Source of the DNA: Myxococcota bacterium
Lineage (GTDB): Bacteria; Myxococcota; XYA12-FULL-58-9; JABJBS01
DNA length: 31,155 bases
Reading direction: 5' to 3'
NCBI GenBank assembly: GCA_036339465.1
Contig: JAYZAY010000050.1
Coordinates: 1-31,155 of the forward strand
Numbering within the stretch: the stretch's first letter is position 1; every line of letters begins with the position of its first letter. Positions 10,144 to 18,868 of this stretch are shown in pieces. Position numbers and translations under genes: made by a program. The notes beneath the pieces were generated by a model. That model saw only the letters and a list, made by a program, of their open reading frames with translations. It was not told where the DNA came from and searched no databases.

Positions 10144-10916
10144 TTCTCGGCCACAAAGGACACAAAATTATAACATTGAAACCAAACCGTGGATTGGGAG
10201 AACCCCGCTTGACGGAGACGGTCATGATGGGTGTCCACAGTATCGAGGATCATCACATTTTCCAGGGCTTTGCGCTTCTGGCTGATCTCCATATCGGAAT
10301 AGCCATTGGCCCGCTTGAAGTCGTGGTGCCAATCCACCAGACGTGCCTGTTGGGCCTTGGAGTCGAATTTACTCTTTTCGGAGAGTAGAAGCACCCCGCC
10401 CACAACCAAAGCCTCTTGGATCCGCTGAAGGAGGCGGAATCGCTCCACCGGCTCAAGGAATTGAAGAGTGTAATTCAACACCACCACCGAGGCATTGGAA
10501 AGCTCGGTTTCCCGCACATCCTCACAGCGAACGTCAATATCCAGAGACGCCGAACTCTTGCTCAAATTCTCGCGAAATTTCTCCACCATAGCAGGGGAAT
10601 TGTCCACAGCCACAATTTCTGGTGTGTTGGCGCCCATATGATGCTGGATTGTCCAAGAGACCGCTCCCAAGGAACAACCGAGATCGTAAATACGGGTGCC
10701 TGGCTGGGCAAAGCGGCCAACAAGATTGCCCAGGAGTTCGGTTGCCAGGTAGTAGCCAGGCACAGAGCGGCCAATCATATCCGGAAAAACCTTCACCACT
10801 TCCCGATTAAATTCGAAGGGCCGGACATCCTTCGGGTCTGCGTAAATAGCGTCTTTTTGGACCGGTTTTCCACCGGTCACCGCGCCCCATAAATTCTCGT
10901 GTGATTCCAATGACAT
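10140..10916 (-). CDS. cmoA: Carboxy-S-adenosyl-L-methionine synthase CmoA
   Basis: FPDMIGRSVPGY, YDLGCSLGA, VDNSPAM, LNYTLQF, DFKRANGYS, QKRKALENV. ATGA overlap with cmoB. Confidence 0.96.
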   Translation of the reverse strand: MSLESHENLWGAVTGGKPVQKDAIYADPKDVRPFEFNREVVKVFPDMIGRSVPGYYLATELLGNLVGRFAQPGTRIYDLGCSLGAVSWTIQHHMGANTPEIVAVDNSPAMVEKFRENLSKSSASLDIDVRCEDVRETELSNASVVVLNYTLQFLEPVERFRLLQRIQEALVVGGVLLLSEKSKFDSKAQQARLVDWHHDFKRANGYSDMEISQKRKALENVMILDTVDTHHDRLRQAGFSQSTVWFQCYNFVSFVAEK

Positions 10917-11164
10917 GGTCGTCTCCGTTTCCGCGCGTATATCGCAACATCCCGTCTATTCAAGGGAAAAATGGGGCTGGGCGAGGATGGTGGATTTTAC
11001 CGCCGGGGTTGGCACCCCCGTTCAAGCCACAGCCCCGGTGATCGGGCGGTCGGAATTATCGCACCCATTTTGTTCACCTCCTTTACGTTCTTCCTAGAAT
11101 AAATGCCCTTAAAGCAAACTCCGAGAGACTTGTTGTCTTGGGAAATTAGACATATGGCGGTTTT

Positions 11165-11827
11165 ATGAAAGCGAATCATTGGGTAGTGGTGGGATTTTTG
11201 TTCATGGGCGGTCAGATCGCCTGCGCCCCAACCTATAAGCAAATAGTCATCTCCATGGTCGATTTAGATTGCGCCAGTTGCGGGGACGATTTGGCACATC
11301 AGTTGAACCGCGGCGAAGCCACCAAGGGCGCCCAATTTAATCTCAATTCGGCAGAAATCACGGTAAGCTACAACCCCCAACATACGACACCCGAAAAATT
11401 GGTGAGCACCCTTCAAAGCGAGGACTACAAGCTCACCCTCGGCCCCGGGAAAGGGTCATACACGCCCATGGCCAAATTCGCCAAGAACGCCGACGTCAAA
11501 ACCATCTCCAAAAATGGTGAGGCCGTGTGGTTGGAAAAACATTGGGTGCGAGGAAAAATCACCGTTTTTGATTTCTACGCCGACTGGTGTGGACCCTGTC
11601 GGAAAATCAACGATTTCCTTAAAGTGCAAGCCGAGACCCGTAACGATCTGGCCATCCGCAAAATCAATATTGTCGACTGGGATAGCCCCGCCGCTCAGAA
11701 GCATCTGGCCCACGTGGCAGGACTACCTTTTGTGGTCGTGTATGGCCCCCTAGGGACGAAGCTTGGGCACGTTGAAGGATTGAAGTTTGAGCAGATTGAA
11801 AAACTCATCGCGCCGAGGACAAAATAA
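11165..11827 (+). CDS. Exported heavy-metal-associated (HMA) domain plus thioredoxin domain fusion protein
   Basis: N-terminal hydrophobic segment with lipobox-like IAC. HMA-type LDCASC followed by the beta-alpha pattern ITVSYNP...LVSTL. C-terminal Trx domain DFYADWCGPC...GLPFV. Confidence 0.85.
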   Translation: MKANHWVVVGFLFMGGQIACAPTYKQIVISMVDLDCASCGDDLAHQLNRGEATKGAQFNLNSAEITVSYNPQHTTPEKLVSTLQSEDYKLTLGPGKGSYTPMAKFAKNADVKTISKNGEAVWLEKHWVRGKITVFDFYADWCGPCRKINDFLKVQAETRNDLAIRKINIVDWDSPAAQKHLAHVAGLPFVVVYGPLGTKLGHVEGLKFEQIEKLIAPRTK

Positions 11828-12906
11828 TGAAATTGAAACGTGTGGGAATTGCAGTATGGATCACCTTTTCGATGTTTTTGACCTGGACACCCCAGTTTAG
11901 TTTTGCCGCCACTTGAACCGCTTGAACAAACCCAAGTCTCCCGGGTGGAGGCTCCGACTTACTAAGCAATCTTGAAACCGAGATTTCCTACCTCCTTAGC
12001 GTGAGGCTATCGTCTAGGTATATCCACACTTCCCACAAAGTCGACCCCCGTCAATGGGAGCCGGGTATTGCTCAGGACCAGCAGGCCTACGACCACGTGC
12101 TGGATTTTCTCTTTTTCGATTTGGAGCTAAGCGGCACCTATTTTTTGAATCGATGGTTGGGGCTGAAACTCTACGTGCCTCTCAGGATGGTGGGCGCAGA
12201 AGCACAATTTAACAATTTCGATGGCCTGGAAATCGCGGGCTTCAAGAGCATTCACCATCGCCGAGAAACCATTATGGGAATCGCCGACGTGGGAACCGAC
12301 GCTGTATTTCGTTTTCGCCCCTTTCAATCCAAAACACTGGCCTGGACAATGCGTGTGGAGACAGGGTTGCGATGGCCAACTGGAAAGGTCGAGCCCAACC
12401 CCGATCAATTGGGGAGTGAGGGGAAAGAACATCAGCATATCTTTTTCGGTCGCGGCAGTATTGTGCCAATTTTGGGGATGAGTCATGCGCTACGGCTGCC
12501 CGATTTCACCATGGATCTGTGGGGGCGACTCATTTATCCTTTCTACGCCCATGAGCTGGGCTATAGAGCCAGTCGCACCTATTCTGGCGGCCTCGGACTC
12601 AGTTCCAAATTCGGACTCTCACAATGGCAATTTGGGGTTTTCGGAGGTGTCTCTAGGGAAATGCCCGCCAAGTGGGAAGATACCCCGGCGCGAAACAGTG
12701 GCCGAACGCAAGTAAACTTGAATCTTCGTTTTCAATATTATTCTGGACCTAAGTGGGCCCATGGGCTAACCATGCAAATTCCGATCTATGGAAAAGTCGA
12801 AGGCGGACAGATGGCGGCAGGATGGATGCTTTCCCTAGAATCCAATTGGTATGGTCTTGAAGAAGGAACCATAGAGTCCCATGATACTTCCCATACAACG
12901 AATTAG
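11827..12906 (+). CDS. Putative selenoprotein: signal peptide, UxxU motif (two in-frame UGA) and His-rich outer-membrane beta-barrel-like domain, 359 aa
   Basis: ATG 11827 overlaps the upstream stop (TAATG), is preceded by GAGG and is in frame with ORF 12001..12906. Translation is MKLKRVGIAVWITFSMFLTWTPQFSFAAT-U-TA-U-TNPSLPGGGSDLLSNLE..., with TGA at 11914-16 and 11923-25 and no other stops. A SECIS-like hairpin follows. The downstream region has amphipathic beta-strands plus SIHHRRET, GIADVG, WPTG and EHQHIFFGRG. Confidence 0.75.
11935..11953 (+). promoter_or_regulatory. Candidate bacterial SECIS hairpin
   Basis: AGUCUCC-(CGGGU)-GGAGGCU forms a 7-bp stem with one G-U pair and a G/U-containing apical loop. 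The loop starts 16 nt after the second UGA and 25 nt after the first. Confidence 0.6.
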
Positions 12907-13390
12907 TCGCGAACTTTATAGCCCCTATGGTGATCTCATTGCAGGAAAAGATGGCAGTGGGGGAGGGGAGGTTGCCAATCAAGGCACCGCAGAAGCATTT
13001 CACAATCTCGCTTCCTTTAAAAACCTCAGACCTGACTCTGCCAGCCCAAGCATTTCTGTTTTTCGAGTTCAGCCTTTGTCCCAGACTAACTTGAGGTTAA
13101 AGCTTCTGGAAAAACATCCATATTCTACGCAATTTTTTATTCCCATGAATGCGGTGGCCTATTTGGCCATTGTGGCCCTTGGGGATGAGCATCCGGAAGT
13201 GGATACGCTCAAGGTTTTTAAGGTGCCAGGAAACCAAGCCATTGGTTACCATCCGGGCGTATGGCACTACCCCATGGTGGCCCTAGAACGGGTGACCGAT
13301 TTTGTGACCATGACCTACCAAATCGGCAATTCCGAAGACTGCGTGATTCAGGAGTTCAACAAGGATATGGAATTGGAAATTAGCATGTAG
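12881..13390 (+). CDS. Ureidoglycolate lyase (AllA)-like cupin protein
   Basis: YSPYGDLI, ANQGTA, LLEKHPYSTQFFIPM, YHPGVWHYP. The start overlaps the end of the upstream gene by 26 bp. Confidence 0.85.
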   Translation: MILPIQRISRELYSPYGDLIAGKDGSGGGEVANQGTAEAFHNLASFKNLRPDSASPSISVFRVQPLSQTNLRLKLLEKHPYSTQFFIPMNAVAYLAIVALGDEHPEVDTLKVFKVPGNQAIGYHPGVWHYPMVALERVTDFVTMTYQIGNSEDCVIQEFNKDMELEISM

Positions 13391-13484
13391 TAGCCCCCCA
13401 GAAACTTATTGCGCGCGTTCATCTGGGCCTCGCGACAGGACTAAACACCAAAATCACGACGGTTTATCTTCATATTGACGTTAC

Positions 13485-13605
13485 TCCGACGCTTGTCGGA
13501 AAAATACCCATGGATTCCAATCGAGGTGGCGTGCCCTAAAATCCTTTGAAATCAAAAACTTATTGAAATAGCTGTCCTCTAGAACAAAGTGGCACAATTT
13601 TCGCA
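13485..13605 (+). promoter_or_regulatory. Sigma54-type promoter: palindromic UAS, IHF site and -24/-12 element
   Basis: TCCGAC-gctt-GTCGGA palindrome at 13485-13500. AATCAAAAACTTA at 13550-13562 matches the IHF consensus WATCAANNNNTTR exactly. TGGCACAATTTTCGCA at 13590-13605 has GG-N10-GC spacing. Confidence 0.65.
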
Positions 13606-13643
13606 GTTCCATCCTTATGAATAATACTCAAGGGGTCCATAAG

Positions 13644-13820
13644 ATGAATACAGATCTACAAGGTGCATCAACTCAGTTACGCGAAGTTCAGTCATTGGTA
13701 GAGATGGTTCAAGCGAATCGTTCACTGATTGTGGATGGATGCTTGGCCCTACTGGTAGGACAGGCCATTCTATGTGGCGTTATCGTCGGTATTTTATCGG
13801 TGTTTAGCTCAGTGGGGTAA
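13644..13820 (+). CDS. Small hypothetical membrane protein (58 aa)
   Basis: ATG 13644 follows an AAGGGG RBS just downstream of the sigma54 motif. C-terminal hydrophobic stretch LIVDGCLALLVGQAILCGVIVGILSVF. Confidence 0.55.
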   Translation: MNTDLQGASTQLREVQSLVEMVQANRSLIVDGCLALLVGQAILCGVIVGILSVFSSVG

Positions 13821-13914
13821 TGTTCTAAGCTTTCTTAAGGCGTGGAACATGGCGTATGAGGAGAGGCGGAGATTCTGGGCCGCTAAAACGGCCCAGAATT
13901 CTCAATGGGTTCCA

Positions 13915-14604
13915 TTAGAATGGGGCTTGTTCTCCAGCAAGCTGGAAAAAGAGCGTGCCATCATAAAATTTGGCGAGGGTTTCACGGGTTATTACCTGGG
14001 TTTCGTAGCCATACACGGAACGATTTTCACCGGCAATTTCCAGAAGTAGACCAAACTCAAATCGGGAGGCCGTACTGCTTCCGGAATCTTCGAAGTTGCG
14101 CATGTAAAAAGTTTCAAACTCTTGTGCAGAAAGGCAGCCATCTTGGTTGCTATCATAATTCTGAAAAAGCTGCTCAAACTTTTGGGCGTTAAATTGTCCG
14201 CGGTTATCATAGATATCGGTGTCGCTACCGTGTTTTCCGGCGGCGATATTTTTTACTCGGATGGTGAGCGGGGAATACCAAGGTGCGCCAGTGATGCGTC
14301 CTAATCCGGTGTTAATCGCCGTCGCTAAGACCCAAGAACGAAGCCTCCCGAAACCGAGAGCCATCAACCCATCTTGGGTTTCGGAAACGGTAATTTGGCC
14401 ATCGCCATCCCTATCAAAAAACATGGCGTGCTTCTGAAGAGCCGACGGCCCATCGGGGTTACGAACTGCAGAGGATGGAGCGGATACCTCAAAGGTATCG
14501 ACCGCGTCGTTGGTGGGAGCTGGGGTAGAATTGGGAACATTCGCGGGGCCAGTAGGGGACCAAACCGCGGGATTTGTGGTAGAGGGGGTCGTTGAAACGG
14601 GCAT
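13915..14604 (-). CDS. Caleosin/peroxygenase family protein (EF-hand)
   Basis: LQKHAMFFDRDGDGQITVSET (conserved His plus EF-hand), KHGSDTDIYDNRGQF, EFGLL, YDGTLFFQL match the caleosin family pattern. Confidence 0.88.
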   Translation of the reverse strand: MPVSTTPSTTNPAVWSPTGPANVPNSTPAPTNDAVDTFEVSAPSSAVRNPDGPSALQKHAMFFDRDGDGQITVSETQDGLMALGFGRLRSWVLATAINTGLGRITGAPWYSPLTIRVKNIAAGKHGSDTDIYDNRGQFNAQKFEQLFQNYDSNQDGCLSAQEFETFYMRNFEDSGSSTASRFEFGLLLEIAGENRSVYGYETQVITRETLAKFYDGTLFFQLAGEQAPF

Positions 14605-14718
14605 GTATACGCGTCCTTTTGTTTCGGTAAGAGGGAATAGATCACCCCTAGTATCGGACCGAATTTCGACGCGTTCCGTAAATATTGAAATTTTCTAATA
14701 TCTATATAATGCGCGGGT

Positions 14719-15972
14719 TTAGGATGCTTCGAGAGCCGCAGCTTCTTCTTTGGTATGTATTTTCTTTACCTTTAATAGGCTGGCGGTCATCCAGGCGATG
14801 GGGCCCGCGGCAAAACTCAGCAATGCGCCTAATTTAAGCATGTCGGCGGTGCCGCTCTCAGCATAGAGGGCTTGTAACTCGGGAGAAATCCCCGCCTTCA
14901 ACGCCACACTGGTCACAAACAGGGCCACGGTAAAGCCGATGGCTGCCACCATGCCCATCACGATGACCTGTTTGAAGTCCATGCCTTTGGGAAGATTCAG
15001 ACCCATACCTTTTCCGAGGAATGCAAAGGCCAAAACCCCTACGGTTTTGCCCACTAAGAGCGAGAGAAAGATGATCCAGGTAGGGGAGCCACTCAAGGAG
15101 CTACCGCTGAGCACCACCCCTGCATTGGCCAAACCAAAAGTTAAGAGTCCCACGTCCACGATGGGTTTAAAGAAGTGCTCGAATTCATTCATGGTGTCGT
15201 GATGGTGCTCGCCTTCGGCGAAAATCCCCGCGTCCCGCACTGCATGGGGCATGAAAGGCACCACGGGCACCATGGCAAGCGCTGGGTGGACACCACACTT
15301 GTAGAGTCCGATCCAGCAAAGGGGAGTGCCGATGATGAAGTAAGGCCAGAAGCTTTTAACCCCCTTCCGGCGTAGAAGTTCGCATAGAACGACCCCAAGC
15401 ACCACAAGGCCAAGCCACTCGGCATGGACTTGGGAAGTGTAGAAAACGGCGATGATCATCATACCGATGAGGTCATCGAGAACGGCGAGGACGAGCAAAA
15501 ACAAGACGGCGGGGTGGGCCCGTCCAAAAATGAGTCCGGCGAAAAGCCAAGCGTAGGCTATATCCGTGGCAGTGGGAACCGCCCACGCGTTGAAGATATC
15601 GGGATCAGGTGCCAAAACGCCCCGAAGAAGAAAAAACAGGCCGATAGGGCCAAAGACGCCACCTAGGGTAGCAACGACCGGCATGGCAGCCTTATTGACG
15701 CTGGAGAGCGCGCCGCCGGGCAAGAAGCTCTCGGAAACCTCTTTCATGGCGATGCCAAAGAAGAGCACCATGAAAATATCATTGACGAGAAAATGAAGGA
15801 GGTTGTAGTGGCCCAAAAAGTTAATTTTGTGAAAAGCCTCTTCATAGGAATGATGATCCGTGTTCGCCCAAATCAGCGCCGCCACGGTTCCTACGAGAAG
15901 AAAAGCGGATAATTCCTGTAGTTTTTCAAACTGCCGCCTGAAGGCTGATTTTTCTATTGCGTGCTCACTCAT
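14719..15972 (-). CDS. nhaA: Na+/H+ antiporter NhaA
   Basis: ALIWAN, VNDIFMVLFF, WAVPTATDIAY, LAVLDDL, LANAGV, GKTVG, IGFTVALF. Confidence 0.92.
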   Translation of the reverse strand: MSEHAIEKSAFRRQFEKLQELSAFLLVGTVAALIWANTDHHSYEEAFHKINFLGHYNLLHFLVNDIFMVLFFGIAMKEVSESFLPGGALSSVNKAAMPVVATLGGVFGPIGLFFLLRGVLAPDPDIFNAWAVPTATDIAYAWLFAGLIFGRAHPAVLFLLVLAVLDDLIGMMIIAVFYTSQVHAEWLGLVVLGVVLCELLRRKGVKSFWPYFIIGTPLCWIGLYKCGVHPALAMVPVVPFMPHAVRDAGIFAEGEHHHDTMNEFEHFFKPIVDVGLLTFGLANAGVVLSGSSLSGSPTWIIFLSLLVGKTVGVLAFAFLGKGMGLNLPKGMDFKQVIVMGMVAAIGFTVALFVTSVALKAGISPELQALYAESGTADMLKLGALLSFAAGPIAWMTASLLKVKKIHTKEEAAALEAS

Positions 15973-16289
15973 GGCTTCTTCCTTCATCTTCCTGTGGCAT
16001 TTTGCTACTCCCTCTATTTTCCTTGTCTTTGGAAGGTCAACGCAAGTATTTCACCAATTTTTGGCCACATACAACGAACATACAACTATACGCCCTTGCC
16101 AAATCCTTACCCCACCACGTAGCCAAGGGTTGTCGGTCAGTTGGCGACCTCCCAAAGCCCAAGCAGCGTCTAGTTCAATCTTAGGTAAGAGTCCAATCTA
16201 TTTTCTCAGTGGGACGATGGGGGGGACGGCGGCGAAAATCTGGTCACGACAACAGGGATTTGGGAAAAAAACAATCGGCGCTCCACTCC

Positions 16290-18041
16290 CTAAAGCTGTC
16301 CCACCAAACGGAGGTTCATGGCTTTGGAGTCGGGGGAATTTATTTGGCTATAATCCAATCGCAATTCCAGATGATTCTCGAAGAAGACATAACCAATGAT
16401 TCCGGAAACCTCCTGGATGGTGCTTGCTTGCTCTGCGTGTAGAGAGAGTCTCGCTTTGGCAAAATAGTTGCGGTAGCGATAACCCGTTTGGAAATATCCC
16501 CCTATCAGACCTTTGGGCACATCCCCGGTTTCTTGTAGGTGACCACTTTGACCCAATTTAGCCTCTTGCCAGCCATGGTAGATGAATTCTCCTTTAAAAC
16601 TCAATAAATGTCGCTCTCGCCGACGAACACGATACTTCCAGCGTAGGTCCGTAACAATAAAGTATTGCTGAACCTTCCCAAAATCTGGCATTTCAAAGGC
16701 CAGATTGATTCCCAATTCGGGAAGATCGCTGCGACGAAGTGAAATCCGCCCCCCGAAAGCCACACCATCCTTTTTCTTTATTTGACGATTTAAGTCCTTC
16801 TCAAGGGGATTCAAAGTGAGCTCTCGTCCCCGGGTAATCCATCCGCAGTAGTAAAGCCGCCCTCGAAACAACCGTCCGTAGATGTCTAAGCCATCGGAGA
16901 CGAAGTTCATATCCAAAGCGCGGGTGGCAAGTGGATCCAGAGCGAATTTCCGACTCATTTCCGTGTTTCGCCAAACAAGACCTAAGGGAACGACAAAACG
17001 GCCGGCAACCAGTGCCAATCGAGCTGTTTGCTGCTTTCGTAGGGGCTGCATGGCGACCCATTCGATAAGTAGCTTACGAAGTTGAGGTTTCGCACCAGTG
17101 CCTTCGTATCTCGCCGTAAAGGCCGCTTGAACATCCTCGTAGATAGGAGCGCGCAGGCCAATCAGTGCCTTGCCGAGACTTAAAGAACCATTGGGGTTGT
17201 CTACGGAATGAATCTGAGCTTCGAGACTAAGTCTGAGGGTCAACACAAAGGGGTCTTGTAAGAGTGGGTTTAGGTTTTCATCGGCAGTGGTGGGGCTACT
17301 TTGATGTCTTTTACGTTTCCGTTTTTTGGCTTTCCGTTTCTTAACTTTTCCCGATTTTCGCTTCGCCTCGTCGTCTCGAGTGGGGAGGGGAGCTATGGAG
17401 CGTCGTTGCTTTTCCTTGACTGCAGCCAGACATTGGGCTTGCGCCAGTCGTTTTTTCTTTGCCGCGGCTTCGGCAACCCTCTTTTTCTCTTCCCGTACTT
17501 TGGCGATTTGTTCTTGCTTCATCCGCGCCACGGCTTCGGCTTGATCGATGACCCATTGAACCAGTTCTTGCCCGGTTTTTCGTCGTAATTGTCGGCCCTT
17601 TTGACTGACTTGGTGCTCGACCAATATGCCACCTTCTTGGATTTCTCGGAGTTGGGCATGGAGGGTCATGGTTCGGTTTTTGAATTTCATTTCCACCAAA
17701 ACGACATAATCAGCCCCCAACTTTTTACCCATAGGGGCATAGGCGCTGGGAAGGTGGAGTTCTCGCCGTTTGTAGCCAGCATCGAGCGACACTTCGATAT
17801 AACGCTCCAATCGGATAACCTTTTGTCGCTGTCCCAACTCACGAATAAAATTGACGCCCAATTGCCTCCGAATGGAAGCGAGGCCTTTCTTGTTGACGGG
17901 CATGACCAGGTAGGTGTTTTGCTTGGATGCAGATTTACCATGGGCAGCACTGGTGAAACCGAAGCTCACCCCCAGAACCAGGAATAAGAGCATTCTCCCA
18001 AATCCAGAATCCAAAGCTGTCATTCGATGATCGACCTTCAT
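16290..18041 (-). CDS. Hypothetical exported protein with a Lys/Arg-rich linker and a porin-like C-terminal beta-barrel
   Basis: Signal-peptide-like MLLFLVLGVSFGFTSAAHG, GADYVVLVEM, a coiled/basic linker, then amphipathic beta-strands with AGRFVVPLG (porin-like GxFxxPxG). Start is uncertain. Confidence 0.6.
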   Translation of the reverse strand: MKVDHRMTALDSGFGRMLLFLVLGVSFGFTSAAHGKSASKQNTYLVMPVNKKGLASIRRQLGVNFIRELGQRQKVIRLERYIEVSLDAGYKRRELHLPSAYAPMGKKLGADYVVLVEMKFKNRTMTLHAQLREIQEGGILVEHQVSQKGRQLRRKTGQELVQWVIDQAEAVARMKQEQIAKVREEKKRVAEAAAKKKRLAQAQCLAAVKEKQRRSIAPLPTRDDEAKRKSGKVKKRKAKKRKRKRHQSSPTTADENLNPLLQDPFVLTLRLSLEAQIHSVDNPNGSLSLGKALIGLRAPIYEDVQAAFTARYEGTGAKPQLRKLLIEWVAMQPLRKQQTARLALVAGRFVVPLGLVWRNTEMSRKFALDPLATRALDMNFVSDGLDIYGRLFRGRLYYCGWITRGRELTLNPLEKDLNRQIKKKDGVAFGGRISLRRSDLPELGINLAFEMPDFGKVQQYFIVTDLRWKYRVRRRERHLLSFKGEFIYHGWQEAKLGQSGHLQETGDVPKGLIGGYFQTGYRYRNYFAKARLSLHAEQASTIQEVSGIIGYVFFENHLELRLDYSQINSPDSKAMNLRLVGQL

Positions 18042-18314
18042 CTTATCCCATTTGGCGCAATGAACGACCAGTACTTCATCATGACACTTATCATGGGGCA
18101 TGGAAAGTGACGACCCCATCAAGGAAAAGGCCCCACAGCCTAGAGATTTCCTGGACCTTTTTGCAGCACCATTCTTTGGCAGACGAGATGCGCTAGCTCG
18201 TGTGTGGTGATTGATTTTCGGTGATTGAATCAACCACCAGTCGCAGGCTAAGAGCTTGCCGCGTTAGAGCCCACCCCATGCATTCAAGGAAAAGGATGAA
18301 GCCAGCCACGATTA

Positions 18315-18470
18315 TGCCTGATTTGACAGCCGCAATAAGAGCCTTCCACGTATTTTTCGCATGCCTTGAATCAGCAACGTGCCATCCTAGTCTTACTCGG
18401 TTAAAAAGGTCCAAAACAATAACAAGACAGCAATGGCCTGCCTCCGTAGGAATGGAAGAGAAACGCGTTC
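18315..18470 (-). mobile_element. Degenerate IS3-family transposase (integrase core) remnant
   Basis: FSSIPTEAGHCCLVIVLDLFNRVRLGWHVADS...KAL resembles the IS3 OrfB pattern ITYIPTxEGWLYLAVVLDLFSRxIVGW. It is short and lacks the rest of the DDE domain. Confidence 0.65.
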
Positions 18471-18596
18471 GAGCTTGGATTTTACTTAAAGGAATATCTA
18501 AGACCGTTAGATTCACCGCCACCAGTTGAGGGGGGATCTTTGGCTTTTTGGCCGGGAATTGGGTGATTGGAGCCATTTGGGAGGATTGGAGCAGAA

Positions 18597-18655
18597 GGTA
18601 AAAAGAGAGGGTAAAAAGAGAGGGTAAAAAGAGAGGGTAAAAAGAGAGGGTAAAA
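18597..18655. repeat. 13-bp tandem repeat (GGTAAAAAGAGAG) x4.5
   Basis: Four exact copies over 18597-18648 plus a partial GGTAAAA. Intergenic. Confidence 0.92.
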
Positions 18656-18868
18656 CAAGTAGCAGAGCCTCAAAAAAGATGAGCTTCTCTCCAGAAAAAC
18701 ACCCGCCATATTCCTCGTGCTGCCAAACGGGACGTGGCCTTGCGCGGCCATTTTTCAGTGTCGTTTTATGGGAAAATCTTATCGGTGATGTGGAGAAAAC
18801 AGGGATTGTTGTATCTTATCTTACCTTGCTTTGCCACCAACATAATCAGCGGGGTGCCCGACAAACCG

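Noticed and set aside
11010..11026. TGGCACCCCCGTTCA as a sigma54 promoter for the HMA-Trx operon
   Set aside because: The -12 GC dinucleotide is missing at the required spacing.
11914..11925. TGA codons as evidence of genetic code 4 or 25
   Set aside because: Other genes end in TGA with ATGA coupling (4961, 10140), Trp is encoded by TGG, and no other recognisable gene here needs UGA read-through.
12001..12003. GTG 12001 as the real start of the barrel gene
   Set aside because: It has no RBS and no signal peptide, whereas ATG 11827 has GAGG, translational coupling and a signal peptide.
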